Shown here one piece after another: positions 1 to 10,500 of a stretch of DNA of 64,000 bases. The DNA comes from Candidatus Poribacteria bacterium (lineage in GTDB: Bacteria; Poribacteria; WGA-4E; UBA9662), in the NCBI GenBank assembly GCA_030748495.1, contig JASMLX010000007.1, positions 18,856-82,855 on the forward strand, written 5' to 3'. The first letter of the stretch is position 1. Each line of letters begins with the position of its first letter. Below the pieces are notes generated by a model. It had not been told where the DNA came from. It was given only the letters and a program-made list of their open reading frames with translations, and searched no databases. Position numbers and translations under genes: made by a program.

Positions 1-38
1 AGCCTGTTGGTCTTGGTTTGCCTCTATAACTCCCCCTC

Positions 39-1175
39 CTAATATTGCTCACCGTTCTCTTTTTCTATTTTGGTATTCTGCCGTTTCTCTAACGGGTGCT
101 GTCGGTCGGTCATCGGCAAATTAACCCTAGCGGCTGTAAAGTGCGATTCATAAGTTGCACTAACACATTCCAAGGAAACCAGTGCTTGTTTCCCGCTCAA
201 CTCAGGTTGCTGTCCTTCTCGAATCGCTGTCACTACATTCTGAATACTCCAGATGGTATGGCGGCTCGGCCACGCTTTTCCTTCAATTAAAAACAGTGCC
301 TCATCGAACGGTACCAGTTCCCAATCAGGTGTCTGATTGGCAAAGGAGACGTCAAAAGGGCAGTACCAGATTTCGTCGATTCCCGTTTTAGCGTTAGGTT
401 TAACCATCATTTGTCCTCGACTGCCGAGCAGGTGAGGCCCCATCATCCAACCGTGCCGCTCCGGACGACAATAGAGTTCAATTTCACCATAGGTGCCGTT
501 TTTACCACCGACGTGTACTAACATTGTGTCACCAGTAACGGTGCCGTTGTCCCGCTGGTCAGTTTGGCAGAGTTGGCTACTGTGCATAATATCTTCGATA
601 GTTGCGCTATGACCTTGATAGGAGATCTGGGCATGAACCCATTCGATACCGCCAAGGAAAAAATCGATTTCGTCGAAGTAATGAACCCCCATCTCCATCA
701 GTTCAAAACCGGCCTCTCGTCCCTTTCCCACCTCGCGGATAGAGCGTAATTGACCAATTCTTCCGTCATCAACCCACTGTTTGACCTGTCGGAAAATCGG
801 TGTGAACCGAAATTGATGGCTAACAGCTAAGTGAACGCCTGCTCGGGTGCAGGCCGAAAACATTCTGTCGGCCTGTACTAGATCTACAGCCAAAGGCTTT
901 TCGGACAAAACGTTGATTCCACGCTTGGCTGCGGCCACCGCAATAGGCATGTGCAACGGGGCATGAGTGCAGATACTAACCAGATCTAGCCCCTCCTGAT
1001 CCAGCATTTGCTGGTAATTGGTGTAGCGACCCTTGACCTCGAATTCATCAGCCCGTTTATGCAGAGCCGTCTCATTAATATCGCTGACGGCCACAATTTC
1101 GGTTTGGCTCAAATTTGCATATCCCGATAGGTGACTACCGCTGATTCCGCCACAACCTACAACGCCTACTCTCAT
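39..1175 (-). CDS. Gfo/Idh/MocA family oxidoreductase
   Basis: Rossmann GVVGCGGIS and 'VLSEKP' motif; start moved to ATG at 1175 (MRVGVV). Confidence 0.9.
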   Translation of the reverse strand: MRVGVVGCGGISGSHLSGYANLSQTEIVAVSDINETALHKRADEFEVKGRYTNYQQMLDQEGLDLVSICTHAPLHMPIAVAAAKRGINVLSEKPLAVDLVQADRMFSACTRAGVHLAVSHQFRFTPIFRQVKQWVDDGRIGQLRSIREVGKGREAGFELMEMGVHYFDEIDFFLGGIEWVHAQISYQGHSATIEDIMHSSQLCQTDQRDNGTVTGDTMLVHVGGKNGTYGEIELYCRPERHGWMMGPHLLGSRGQMMVKPNAKTGIDEIWYCPFDVSFANQTPDWELVPFDEALFLIEGKAWPSRHTIWSIQNVVTAIREGQQPELSGKQALVSLECVSATYESHFTAARVNLPMTDRQHPLEKRQNTKIEKENGEQY

Positions 1176-1197
1176 AAGATCTCTCCTTCGAAAACCG

Positions 1198-2283
1198 TTA
1201 ACCAGCCAGTGGATGTTGACGATTTTCCATCGGGAAACTAACACGGGCTCCGGTCAGTTGTGCCTGATACGCACCGACAATCATCTCCAGGGCGGCTACT
1301 GCGTCGCTGGCACTGGAGAGTGGTTTTCGATCCTGTTCAATCGCCGCAATTAAGTCGATAATGGCCAGATGATTACCATGATCCAGCGAGTTTTGGCTGG
1401 CCGACGTCGGCGGGCAAATGTCGATTATTTCCCATGGTTGAGACGGGTCACCAATTTTCCAGATCGGATTTGAACAGATCGCCACCTGATGAGATTGGCC
1501 CGCATTCAGTGAAATTATGCCCTGGCTACCGTAGATCTCCATCCCTCCTCGTCCAAATCGATCCTGGCGTGAATCATAGAAACCAGAAACCCCATTCTTG
1601 AAAGCAAAGTAGCTTTCAATACAATCACCAGCTACAGGTCCAACGGGTTCAGTTGGCGTCCGAACATGATCGACCCCAACCTCTTCTCCAGTCTGAGTAA
1701 TATGGGCCGTCATCCAACCAACATCACCCACCAGAAAGCGCATCGTATTGAAAGTGTGTGTGCCAAGGGTTATCATATCTTCGCCACCACCACGTCCATC
1801 CTGCTTCCCATGTGCCCGAATCGACTCGACTTGGCCGATTTTTCCATCCTGCAAAAGTTGTTTCAGGGCATGGGTAGATGGGAAATAGACCCCCTGATGA
1901 GAAACTGCCACCTTCAACCCTTTTTGTGCCGCTGTTTCAACAATCAGGTCGCCGTCTGCTAGAGTTGCCGTCATCGGTTTCTCGCAATAAACGTGACAAC
2001 CCGCTTCCAAGCAGGCCAATACCATCTCCACATGATCTGTTACCCATCGAGGGCAAACACTAACGATGTCCAGATCTTCCTTCTCTAACATCTCTCTGTA
2101 GTCGGTATAACTACGCTGGGCGTTGGTTTCCGTTGATGCTTTTTCTCGACCCTCCGGATTGGGATCCGAGACTGCTATAAACTCAACATTTTCCAGGTGA
2201 CGATAGGCAAGATGAAGCCCATGACCATAATTGCCAGCGCCGGTGTGACCGATGGCCGCCGCTCGATAGTGTTTCTGTCTCAT
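1198..2283 (-). CDS. Gfo/Idh/MocA family oxidoreductase
   Basis: 'HVYCEKPM' motif; AGGAG RBS ahead of ATG at 2283. Confidence 0.9.
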   Translation of the reverse strand: MRQKHYRAAAIGHTGAGNYGHGLHLAYRHLENVEFIAVSDPNPEGREKASTETNAQRSYTDYREMLEKEDLDIVSVCPRWVTDHVEMVLACLEAGCHVYCEKPMTATLADGDLIVETAAQKGLKVAVSHQGVYFPSTHALKQLLQDGKIGQVESIRAHGKQDGRGGGEDMITLGTHTFNTMRFLVGDVGWMTAHITQTGEEVGVDHVRTPTEPVGPVAGDCIESYFAFKNGVSGFYDSRQDRFGRGGMEIYGSQGIISLNAGQSHQVAICSNPIWKIGDPSQPWEIIDICPPTSASQNSLDHGNHLAIIDLIAAIEQDRKPLSSASDAVAALEMIVGAYQAQLTGARVSFPMENRQHPLAG

Positions 2284-2397
2284 AACCAAACTCCTATATT
2301 TCCAGAAGAACCCTTATTGTCTTTATACAGTGTTGGGTTCAGTATTTTTTGATTTCAAAACATCATTGCCGCCCACTGATGGCGTCGTCAGATCATC

Positions 2398-3378
2398 TTA
2401 TAACCGAACGACTTTTCCAGAATGGGCAGATTCGTGTAGCGCATCAATCAGACGCATGTTTCGAAGCGAGTCTTTCAAGGGTACTATTAGGTCATCTTGA
2501 CTGTCTGCTTGACACAGGTTGAGCATCTCGGCTGCGTAGGGGTTAACGCCTTTTACCGCGATAGGTTCGCCGTTTAGTATAAACCGGTACTCTCCAACGT
2601 TATTGCTCCAAGCCGGTTCAACTTTGATAGACCCTTTGGTACCCACAATTTCGTAGGATTCTCGCCAGATCATACCGAATCCGGTGTCTATCTGTGCCAC
2701 CACATTTTCGCTATAGCGGATAGTAGCGTACATGGTCTCCCAAACATTAATGCCGTGAGCGTATTTCCCGGTTCCAAAAACAGAAACCGGTGATATATCG
2801 GTCAAGTAGCCGATCAAATCCACACAGTAGCAACCAAGATCCATTATCGTACCACCACCTAAATCGCCTCGCAAGCGCCAGTTGGTATAGTCGGTCAAGC
2901 CTGTCGTGAAAACGGCATTGACCGACCGCAGGTCTCCAATTTCGCCGGCTGATATTTTTTGCTTAACCGTTTGTGTTACCGGATGATGGCGGTACATGAA
3001 GGCTTCCGTTAATAGCGTCTGGCTATTGTCAGTGATCTGAATCATCTGCTTAATCTGCTTGGCGTTGACCGCCAGTGGCTTTTCACAGAGTACTTTTTTA
3101 ACCCTACCGCGAACCGCTTCCAGCAAATTCTTGAGGTGGGACGAAGGCCAGGTAGCGATCACCAATACGTCCGGCGTGTGATTCTCCAGCATGGCCCGGA
3201 GATCGAGATAACTATCTGCAACTTGGTATTGTTCGACGAAGGTTTTCAGTGACTCAACATTGGTATCACAGGCTGCAACTAACTCAATCTGCTCTATATC
3301 CTGCCAAGCATCGGCATGTACTCTAGAGATTCCACCACAACCAACGATGGCCACTTGAACTGAACTTACGGGTTTCAT
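2398..3378 (-). CDS. Gfo/Idh/MocA family oxidoreductase
   Basis: GCGGIS, 'VLCEKPL', 'EAFMYRHHP', 'GGGTIMDLGCY'. Confidence 0.92.
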   Translation of the reverse strand: MKPVSSVQVAIVGCGGISRVHADAWQDIEQIELVAACDTNVESLKTFVEQYQVADSYLDLRAMLENHTPDVLVIATWPSSHLKNLLEAVRGRVKKVLCEKPLAVNAKQIKQMIQITDNSQTLLTEAFMYRHHPVTQTVKQKISAGEIGDLRSVNAVFTTGLTDYTNWRLRGDLGGGTIMDLGCYCVDLIGYLTDISPVSVFGTGKYAHGINVWETMYATIRYSENVVAQIDTGFGMIWRESYEIVGTKGSIKVEPAWSNNVGEYRFILNGEPIAVKGVNPYAAEMLNLCQADSQDDLIVPLKDSLRNMRLIDALHESAHSGKVVRL

Positions 3379-3720
3379 TTAGCTTAGTGTAGATTCATGA
3401 AAGTTTGTAGACAATGGCCAGCGCCTGGTATTTCAGCTAATTTTGCGCTAACAATAGGCGTGCCAGCAACAGGTGTAAAATGACTTAGAAGGAACTATCT
3501 TTTCAGTGTGTTATCCGTTGCAACGTTTCCTGACAGGTAAAAATCACCAACTTACCAGAGCAAAAAAATAAAAAAATATTAAGCCTTGGTATAAATCACA
3601 AGGATACCGGCAGTTCGACGAGCCCCATTCCATGAACCAAAATGTGCAATTTACAATATGCGATTACAGAAGATGCGGTAACATCAGCATAGATGATCTA
3701 TCCCATGAATGTCAATGTTG

Positions 3721-4283
3721 TTATCTGAACTCTCGCCTGAGCACATCAAATAGTGGGTTATTGCCTCTCGGCTTTTCTGGTTGCTCTCCCGCCTCAATCG
3801 CCTGCCAGTATTTCCAGCCCAACCTACCGGTTCAGGTATCTTCCCGATAAGCGTAGAAGGTCCAGTACCACTGCTGCTTGTTAAAAATCTGAACCAGGTC
3901 TGCCAGATAGGACTGGGCTCCAGCCACTTCCCGGTTACACCCGAATTCACCGACTAAGATCCGATTGGTCAGGATATTGTAACGCTTACTCCAGTCTAGC
4001 ACCGGTCTCATCATCTGCTGAGGATGGGCTGGCGTCCATTTTTCGGCCACTCCCGACCATCCAGTCGGCATCTGATCGGGATAAGCAGACCGTCCATTGT
4101 TGACCTGTTTGGTAGTGTAGTTCCAAGGCTTATAAAAATGGAATGAATAGAGTATCGTATCGTCAGCCACCGGTTCCAAGAGTCTGAACCCGTCGGCTGA
4201 GATGATCCTGCGGCCGCCAATCCTGAACGGATGGTAGAAAAAACGGAGTCTCCACGGTCGGCCTTGATGAAATCAATACTCAT
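3721..4283 (-). pseudogene. Glycoside hydrolase family 5 C-terminal remnant
   Basis: 'YSFHFY' and nucleophile 'ILVGEFG', then 'WTFYAYREDT'; after a break the reading continues 'LGWKYWQAIEAGEQPEKPRGNNPLFDVLRREFR*'; N-terminal half absent. Confidence 0.7.
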
Positions 4284-4481
4284 AGGGCTGATAGGTATGA
4301 ATAGCGTGTATGAATAAGTAGTGTCTCAGAATAGAATAAAACTCATGGTAATATATTTTAAGATGATAATTGATCCCCTATTTACCACTAATTGATGCTG
4401 GACCTTCAGTCCGACAGGCTGCGAGGCTAGAATCTTTGCCAAGAAGTTCAAACATGACCAAGACACGTATCACAGACCTAT

Positions 4482-5387
4482 TCAGCCGCTCGTGCGAAAA
4501 TCGGCGATAGCTTCCCGGAGCTGGTGCCGGGCGTTATTGACACCCGTGGGGTTGGTGTGCAGGTAGTAGGGGATGAAGACCACAGCCTGGGACAGGGCGT
4601 GACCGCGACCTCTAGCCCAGGTCGCATCATCGATGTCGAGTTCTTGGCGAAACAGGTTCCGACTCTGGCCAGAGAACAGGCTCCAGGCGATCATCAGATC
4701 GCAGGTCGGGTCACCCACGCCCATCCCTCCAAAGTCGATAACGGCGCTTAAGCGGTCCCCTTCAAACAACAGATTCCCAGGTAGCAAGTCGCCGTGGAAC
4801 CAGACAGACGATAGCTTTCTCTCAGGGGCTTGAAGAGCGGCTTCCCATACCGCCGTTGCGGCATCAGTATCAATCATACCGTGTAGACGTGCAATCGCTT
4901 GGTGGGTGCGTTCATCACGGCTGGCCAGGGGTCGCCCCCGCGAGTTGCTACCAATAGCCGGTGAAGCCTTCGTGGTATCGATCTGTTGCAGGGCTGTTAT
5001 GAATCGTGCCAGGTTAATGGCCGCCTGGTGTGGATCGGCGATGCCGTCCATCGTTGCGTTTTCGCCTGCGAGCCACTCATAAACCGACCAATGCCACGGA
5101 TATCCTGCGCCGGGGCTCCCCTTGGCCAAAGGGACCGGGATAGCCAGAGGCAGCAAAGGGGCCAGTCGCGGTAGCCAGTAGTATTCCTTGTGGACATTAT
5201 CCACAGCCCAGTCGATGCGTGGAAGCCGCACCACCATGTCGTCGCCGAGTCGATAGAGCGCGTTATCTGTGCCAGCAGACGCAACAGGGATGACCGGAAG
5301 TTGTGCCCACTGAGGAAACTGTGTTGTCAGCAGGCGTCCGACGAGGGAGGCATCGGTCTCCACTTCGTTGTCGTGCATCTTGAGCAT
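4482..5387 (-). CDS. Aminoglycoside phosphotransferase (APH)-family kinase
   Basis: 'GTDNALYRLG', Brenner motif 'HGDLLPGNLL', 'IDFG'; probable start MLKMHD at 5387. Confidence 0.88.
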   Translation of the reverse strand: MLKMHDNEVETDASLVGRLLTTQFPQWAQLPVIPVASAGTDNALYRLGDDMVVRLPRIDWAVDNVHKEYYWLPRLAPLLPLAIPVPLAKGSPGAGYPWHWSVYEWLAGENATMDGIADPHQAAINLARFITALQQIDTTKASPAIGSNSRGRPLASRDERTHQAIARLHGMIDTDAATAVWEAALQAPERKLSSVWFHGDLLPGNLLFEGDRLSAVIDFGGMGVGDPTCDLMIAWSLFSGQSRNLFRQELDIDDATWARGRGHALSQAVVFIPYYLHTNPTGVNNARHQLREAIADFRTSG

Positions 5388-5457
5388 ACCTACTCTCCGT
5401 TGCCAGATAACTTTATGCTGCGACTCACCAATACCAGGATTCATAATAGTGCCCTTT

Positions 5458-6411
5458 TTAGGAAGGAGCACCCACATCGACGTGCAATCCTGCCGCTAGG
5501 CTAGCTTGGGTAGCCAACCGGACATTTTCGATATCCACCAGTTCCGGCCGGTCGGTCTCCAGATGATAGTTGGGATCGGCATACGGATAGGAGCCCACAT
5601 TCATCACCGCCATGGGGAAACCGGCATTGATAAAAGAGCCGTCGTCGTCCCCAGGTTGTTGGCGCATGAATTTTGTCTGCAGTAGTCCAATGTCATAGAT
5701 ATTGTTGACTTCGGCCATCAAATCGGCAAAGGGTTCTCCGGCCGGGTCGGTATACAGAGTGACGTTGGTTTTTTGTCCCGCTTCCACCGCCTCCTGAGAC
5801 TTTCCACCCAAAGAGTCGAGATTGAAAATGGCTATCAGGTTATCGCCTCTGGCCTTAGCGTTTTGTGCTGCGGCGACACTGGTCCAGGGAGTGTGCTCTT
5901 CGTTACAAAACAGAAACCAGATCGATCTGTGGCAATCATAATCCGCCACCAACCGACCGATCTCCATAGTGGCTACCGTTCCGGCCCCATTGTCGTAAGC
6001 CCCCGGTGAGTCCACCCAGCTTTGAGAGTCTTTGTGGGAGAGAAAGAGAATAATCTCTTCCGGATGTGTCAGTCCACGCTTTTTGGCGTACAGGTTATAG
6101 GCCGTAAAGTCAGGCGCGTTTTCAACCGGAGCTGCGTACTGATGCGCTTTGGGTTTAGTGGTGTCGCAGCCAAAGGGCTGTACCGCCACCACCTCTTTTT
6201 CAACCGCGTAGCCCGACAGTTCCAACTGTTGGCTGATGAAATCATCGGCTTCGTACAACGTATTTTGCGATTCTCCCTGCCTGGTGTGGTTGAGCTTACG
6301 AAAAGGCAGCGGATGATTGGACAGGTGAAACAGGTTTCGTCGCAATCGATCAGCGTCTACTTGCGCGATCAGGCGCTCGACGATGGCTTGCAGATCTGAA
6401 TGTAGATGCAT
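5458..6411 (-). CDS. M28 family metallopeptidase
   Basis: 'SHKDS', 'PGAYDNGAG', 'NEEH', 'NLDSLG', 'YHLETD' zinc-ligand pattern. Confidence 0.85.
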   Translation of the reverse strand: MHLHSDLQAIVERLIAQVDADRLRRNLFHLSNHPLPFRKLNHTRQGESQNTLYEADDFISQQLELSGYAVEKEVVAVQPFGCDTTKPKAHQYAAPVENAPDFTAYNLYAKKRGLTHPEEIILFLSHKDSQSWVDSPGAYDNGAGTVATMEIGRLVADYDCHRSIWFLFCNEEHTPWTSVAAAQNAKARGDNLIAIFNLDSLGGKSQEAVEAGQKTNVTLYTDPAGEPFADLMAEVNNIYDIGLLQTKFMRQQPGDDDGSFINAGFPMAVMNVGSYPYADPNYHLETDRPELVDIENVRLATQASLAAGLHVDVGAPS

Positions 6412-6678
6412 AAGGTTAACTCCCGGAAATTTCTTTTCTAGTTTATTGCCGATTCAGTGGCAATTCCAGTAGGGCATTCGGCTATGAGAAACTGCACTGC
6501 CTATGGTGCCTATAGATTATGGAGCCTCGATCAGGGCCGTCTGGATTTTGATTCGGACAAAACATTTTATCTATCTAAAATTAAGATGTAATGTTGAAAA
6601 TTCTATCCGGCGACCCCGTGATATACCACCAGGAGAGATCGATGTACCGTCAACACCAAACAGAAAAAGATATCTCAA

Positions 6679-8022
6679 TTAGCGAGCCAGTGCTCCCATT
6701 GGATCCCAAGGTTGTAAAGAAATAGGATCACTTGTCTCAAATACTGCAATTAAATCATCTGGCAAGAATGATTTATGGACTACAATTTCATAATTATACT
6801 CATCAAACCAGTTGTCTGTCATGATATGGTAACCTTTATTACCAGCCTTATCTCCCCAGCTATTTTCCACGCGCCATTTTATTGGTTCACCCTTCAAATC
6901 CAGATCAACGCCGGTAAAAAGCATGGCGTGGGTCATTCGGCTGTCACCATATTCTAGACGAGAGGCTTTATTCAGCCCAAACTCTGTTCCATAGAACATG
7001 TCAAAATCAAAAAGATCTATATCCATGACACCCAGATCCTGATGAAAATGCTTGCCCACATCACAGCCAAACCAAACCGGATCATCGTTTTTTATTGCTT
7101 TGATCGCAGACTTTTTCATGACGTCACTTTCAACGTTCAGATAACGAATCGGTAATCCTTCCATGACATTCCCTAAAAATTCGATGGTATAAACTTTATT
7201 GTATTTCTTATCAGACATTGGACAGTTGATCAGGCATACATAATCATTCAGATCCAGTTCCACATGATCTCTGTAAAATGAGGTCGGGGTCAGGTTTTCA
7301 AAACGATGAAAATTGTTATCCTTATCACGGACCTGCCAGTCAAAGGAATCTGGTGGTGTACCAAGATGAATCACCAGGAGGCGGAAAATAACCTCCAGCA
7401 TTTCAATTTTCATTGTCTGCAGTTCATCATTGCCCACACCACGTTGTTTGAAATCACGAAGTTTTTTCGCGTTTTCCCGAAGTTTGCGGGTGATCATACG
7501 ATTCATTCGCCCGGACTTGCTGGATTGAAACGATTCCGGCATTTCCGATTGAGGAACCACACCATATTTATTTATCAGATTCACCCACATGTCCCACTGA
7601 CCACCATCTTGGATCGGGTCCGCAAGCAGATGCATCAACAGGCGGCTGTTCCATTCCTCATCAACTGTTTTTAATATGGATTCCAGAAAATAGTTAGCTT
7701 TTTCCAACTTATCCCAGAACATGAAATAACTCTGGGAAAACTGAAATTCTTTCAGGTTGTGTTTTCTCCCTAGGTAAATGCGAAACAGGTTTAGCCCAGC
7801 AAAACCCCAGCACCTTCCACTGGATCTCTGATTCGTAACCGGCATTTCACCGGTGACAACATCCGAAAATGCGTGATCAATTCTCCGAAAATGCTCCCAA
7901 TCCATAGCCAGCTCTGTTACTTCATTTCTCGTTGCCGCGTTTCTGGCCATCTTCACGGTATTATCTTGATTGATCTTACTCTTAAAAGACTGGATGTCCT
8001 CCAGTGTTATTGCAGTTGACAT
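6679..8022 (-). CDS. pepC: C1B cysteine aminopeptidase (bleomycin hydrolase/PepC)
   Basis: 'NQRSSGRCW', 'THAM', 'WRVENSWG', C-terminal 'PWDPMGALA'. Confidence 0.93.
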   Translation of the reverse strand: MSTAITLEDIQSFKSKINQDNTVKMARNAATRNEVTELAMDWEHFRRIDHAFSDVVTGEMPVTNQRSSGRCWGFAGLNLFRIYLGRKHNLKEFQFSQSYFMFWDKLEKANYFLESILKTVDEEWNSRLLMHLLADPIQDGGQWDMWVNLINKYGVVPQSEMPESFQSSKSGRMNRMITRKLRENAKKLRDFKQRGVGNDELQTMKIEMLEVIFRLLVIHLGTPPDSFDWQVRDKDNNFHRFENLTPTSFYRDHVELDLNDYVCLINCPMSDKKYNKVYTIEFLGNVMEGLPIRYLNVESDVMKKSAIKAIKNDDPVWFGCDVGKHFHQDLGVMDIDLFDFDMFYGTEFGLNKASRLEYGDSRMTHAMLFTGVDLDLKGEPIKWRVENSWGDKAGNKGYHIMTDNWFDEYNYEIVVHKSFLPDDLIAVFETSDPISLQPWDPMGALAR

Positions 8023-8334
8023 TGCTGCTCCTTTATCTGTCTATCCTAATTCAATGGAAGGGATGAGGTCGTTGGCTTACCGACTTCCCATAACCGTTTT
8101 TAATCATTGTTAATCAGGGTTGCTTTTGGCTACTAACGGTTGTTCGCTTATAATGGTTTGAACTAGTGACGATTGCGGGTGATAATTATAGCCCAAAATC
8201 GTAGCCTCAGGAAAATTGAAATGATTGCTTTAGTCCCAGAGGGCAATTTGATGTGGCCTACCCGACCCTCGTGGACCTTTTTATGGCTCCATGGCGATCT
8301 TTAAAAATGCCCGTAAAGATGTCTGTAAAAATGC

Positions 8335-10164
8335 TCATAAAAACGTCCCGCCCTGAAAATTTTCAATTCTAAATATCAGGATGACGATTCCGACCAGTGT
8401 CACCAGCGAGATCGACAGACCAAGATAGAACGATGTCGGGCGATAGGACAGCCGGATACGGTCAACACCAACCGCCTCCAACCGTAGCCCCAGCAGGCCG
8501 TCGGCATCGTATAACTCACCCGCATTGGTTCGCCAGCCTCGATGATAATTTTGGTTGACGATGATGGTGGCCGGCCTGACGGATGGCGCTTGAATCCGGA
8601 TTGAGTTAGGATGGATCTCGGCGCTCAAATCCAGAGTTGGATCTTCGGCTAAATAAACCTCTCCCCGGTAGTTTGGATTTGGGCCCAGGTTCCCTGACAA
8701 ATCGATAAAGTATTTCGGTTGCGCCTTCTCTGCGATCGGAATCCCCGTATACCAGTCGATGGTACCGATGTTGCGGATCAGGCAGAAGTAGGTGATGGCT
8801 TCCAACGGTTCCTTCCGGTTTCGTGCTAGCCCGCTGCCTTGAAGTTGATAGTATTCGGTAGGGCTAAAATCAGGCGGTTGAAAGACGAAGGTCTTAGCCT
8901 GCACCTGATAGTTCTGCGGGATCAGAAACAGGAGCAGGAACGAAATCAGAACCAGACTCAATAGGTTCTCCAACCAACGCCACTTGAGCCGGGTCAAGAG
9001 CCAGAAGAATTGACCTGATCCTGCTGCCACGACAAAGGCTAGATGATAACTGAAATATTTATAAGGTCGATAAAGGGAGCTGAAAACAGGGAGGTTCCAC
9101 AGCAATTTGAGCAGGTCGAAGGGGGCGTGATGGGCTAAAATCAACCAACTGAATATAAGCAGTAGGATCAGCCACGGGACCGCACGTCGCCAGAAGCAGA
9201 TCACCGACAAACCAAAGAGAGAGACAGGCAAGGCTCCAGCCGTCACCAATCCAACCCGGCCTTTCCAGGCAATCATCTCCTGCCACAGCTGTTCCCACGG
9301 ATAAGCAAAAATCCCACTGGGCGCATACGCTCGGGTGCCGTAATAGAGATCCAGGTTCATCAATCCGCCTTTGGATTGGATTAGCGCCAGAGCCGGTAGG
9401 TAACGCACCGCCCCCAGCAAAAAGGTCAGAATAACGACGCCGATCAGTGTCGCTAACGGTCGCCAGTCCTGGCCGGCTTCTACCGATTCAAAAATATTGA
9501 AGATCGGTATCCAGTGCAACAGACAGACCAGACTCAGGAAGAAGATCACCATTAGTGCGTTATGTTTGCCGTCCGAAAGCATGGTATACAGTACCAGGGG
9601 AAAGATGAGAAGTAGCGTGGTCTGACGACGGGAGATGACCAGTATCAGGCAAAGGGGCAGAAACATGGCATAGGCTTCGTTGGGATTGCCGTCCAGAATC
9701 CGCAACGGCAAGAATAGGCTTAGCCCAAAGGCCAGTCCCGAAAAGAGCGCTCCCCAACGGGTGTAGCCGAAGACATTTCGGGTCAGCGCATACATCCCCA
9801 AACCACCGACCTGAAGTGCTAGAAAGACGATCACCTTCAGTCCATAGACTGCACCAAAGGTCAGGGTCAGCAGAATTAGGGGGTTGAGGGTAGGATCTTC
9901 GGGATCCCCGATGGTCGGGAACCCACCGCCAAACCAGTGGGAGCGGAGCGGATATTGGTGGTGTTCGGCCAGGCTTTTTCGAACCGCCTCATGTCGTGCC
10001 GAATACTGATAAAAGTCGTTGTTGAAATTATGTAGGTCGCCGGAAGTCAAGGCCGGAAAAGAGACAACCGTGATGGCAACAAGGATAACCAGATAAGCTA
10101 GACTATCCCAACTTCGGATAGGCCACCAACGTGTCAAAAATGGAGCCATGTCGAGAATCTTCAA
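8335..10164 (-). CDS. Polytopic membrane protein, YfhO/GT-C-like glycosyltransferase candidate
   Basis: About 12 hydrophobic segments, 'W-GGGFP' loop, C-terminal 'NQNYHRGW...LSYRP' plus TM helix. Confidence 0.55.
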   Translation of the reverse strand: MKILDMAPFLTRWWPIRSWDSLAYLVILVAITVVSFPALTSGDLHNFNNDFYQYSARHEAVRKSLAEHHQYPLRSHWFGGGFPTIGDPEDPTLNPLILLTLTFGAVYGLKVIVFLALQVGGLGMYALTRNVFGYTRWGALFSGLAFGLSLFLPLRILDGNPNEAYAMFLPLCLILVISRRQTTLLLIFPLVLYTMLSDGKHNALMVIFFLSLVCLLHWIPIFNIFESVEAGQDWRPLATLIGVVILTFLLGAVRYLPALALIQSKGGLMNLDLYYGTRAYAPSGIFAYPWEQLWQEMIAWKGRVGLVTAGALPVSLFGLSVICFWRRAVPWLILLLIFSWLILAHHAPFDLLKLLWNLPVFSSLYRPYKYFSYHLAFVVAAGSGQFFWLLTRLKWRWLENLLSLVLISFLLLFLIPQNYQVQAKTFVFQPPDFSPTEYYQLQGSGLARNRKEPLEAITYFCLIRNIGTIDWYTGIPIAEKAQPKYFIDLSGNLGPNPNYRGEVYLAEDPTLDLSAEIHPNSIRIQAPSVRPATIIVNQNYHRGWRTNAGELYDADGLLGLRLEAVGVDRIRLSYRPTSFYLGLSISLVTLVGIVILIFRIENFQGGTFL

Positions 10165-10500
10165 TTAGCCGAGGACCCTTGGCCCCAACCCTTCGACATA
10201 TCGCGACCAGCACTCGAAGGGGCTTCCACTCATACATCGGTTCCTGGATTGAAGATGGAAATCCGGGATAATAACCTTAGTAAATAGTATAAATAGTAGC
10301 CATTCCTTCCTTCAGCATCAGGCTACCAGCATTCCTACCAGGAATTTCTACAGACCCAGTTCAACGGAATTACAGGTCAAGACGACCAGTAAAAGTACAA
10401 AAGTAATAGACCAATCCCTTGCATGATATTTTCTCTATCTTAGACCGACGTAAATTTTATGTCGCGTTCATTTTTCAGCTCGACAATTCACAGCTAGACC

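Noticed and set aside
4482-5387. Bona fide antibiotic resistance gene
   Set aside because: Generic APH/choline-kinase-like family with no evidence of substrate or mobile context.
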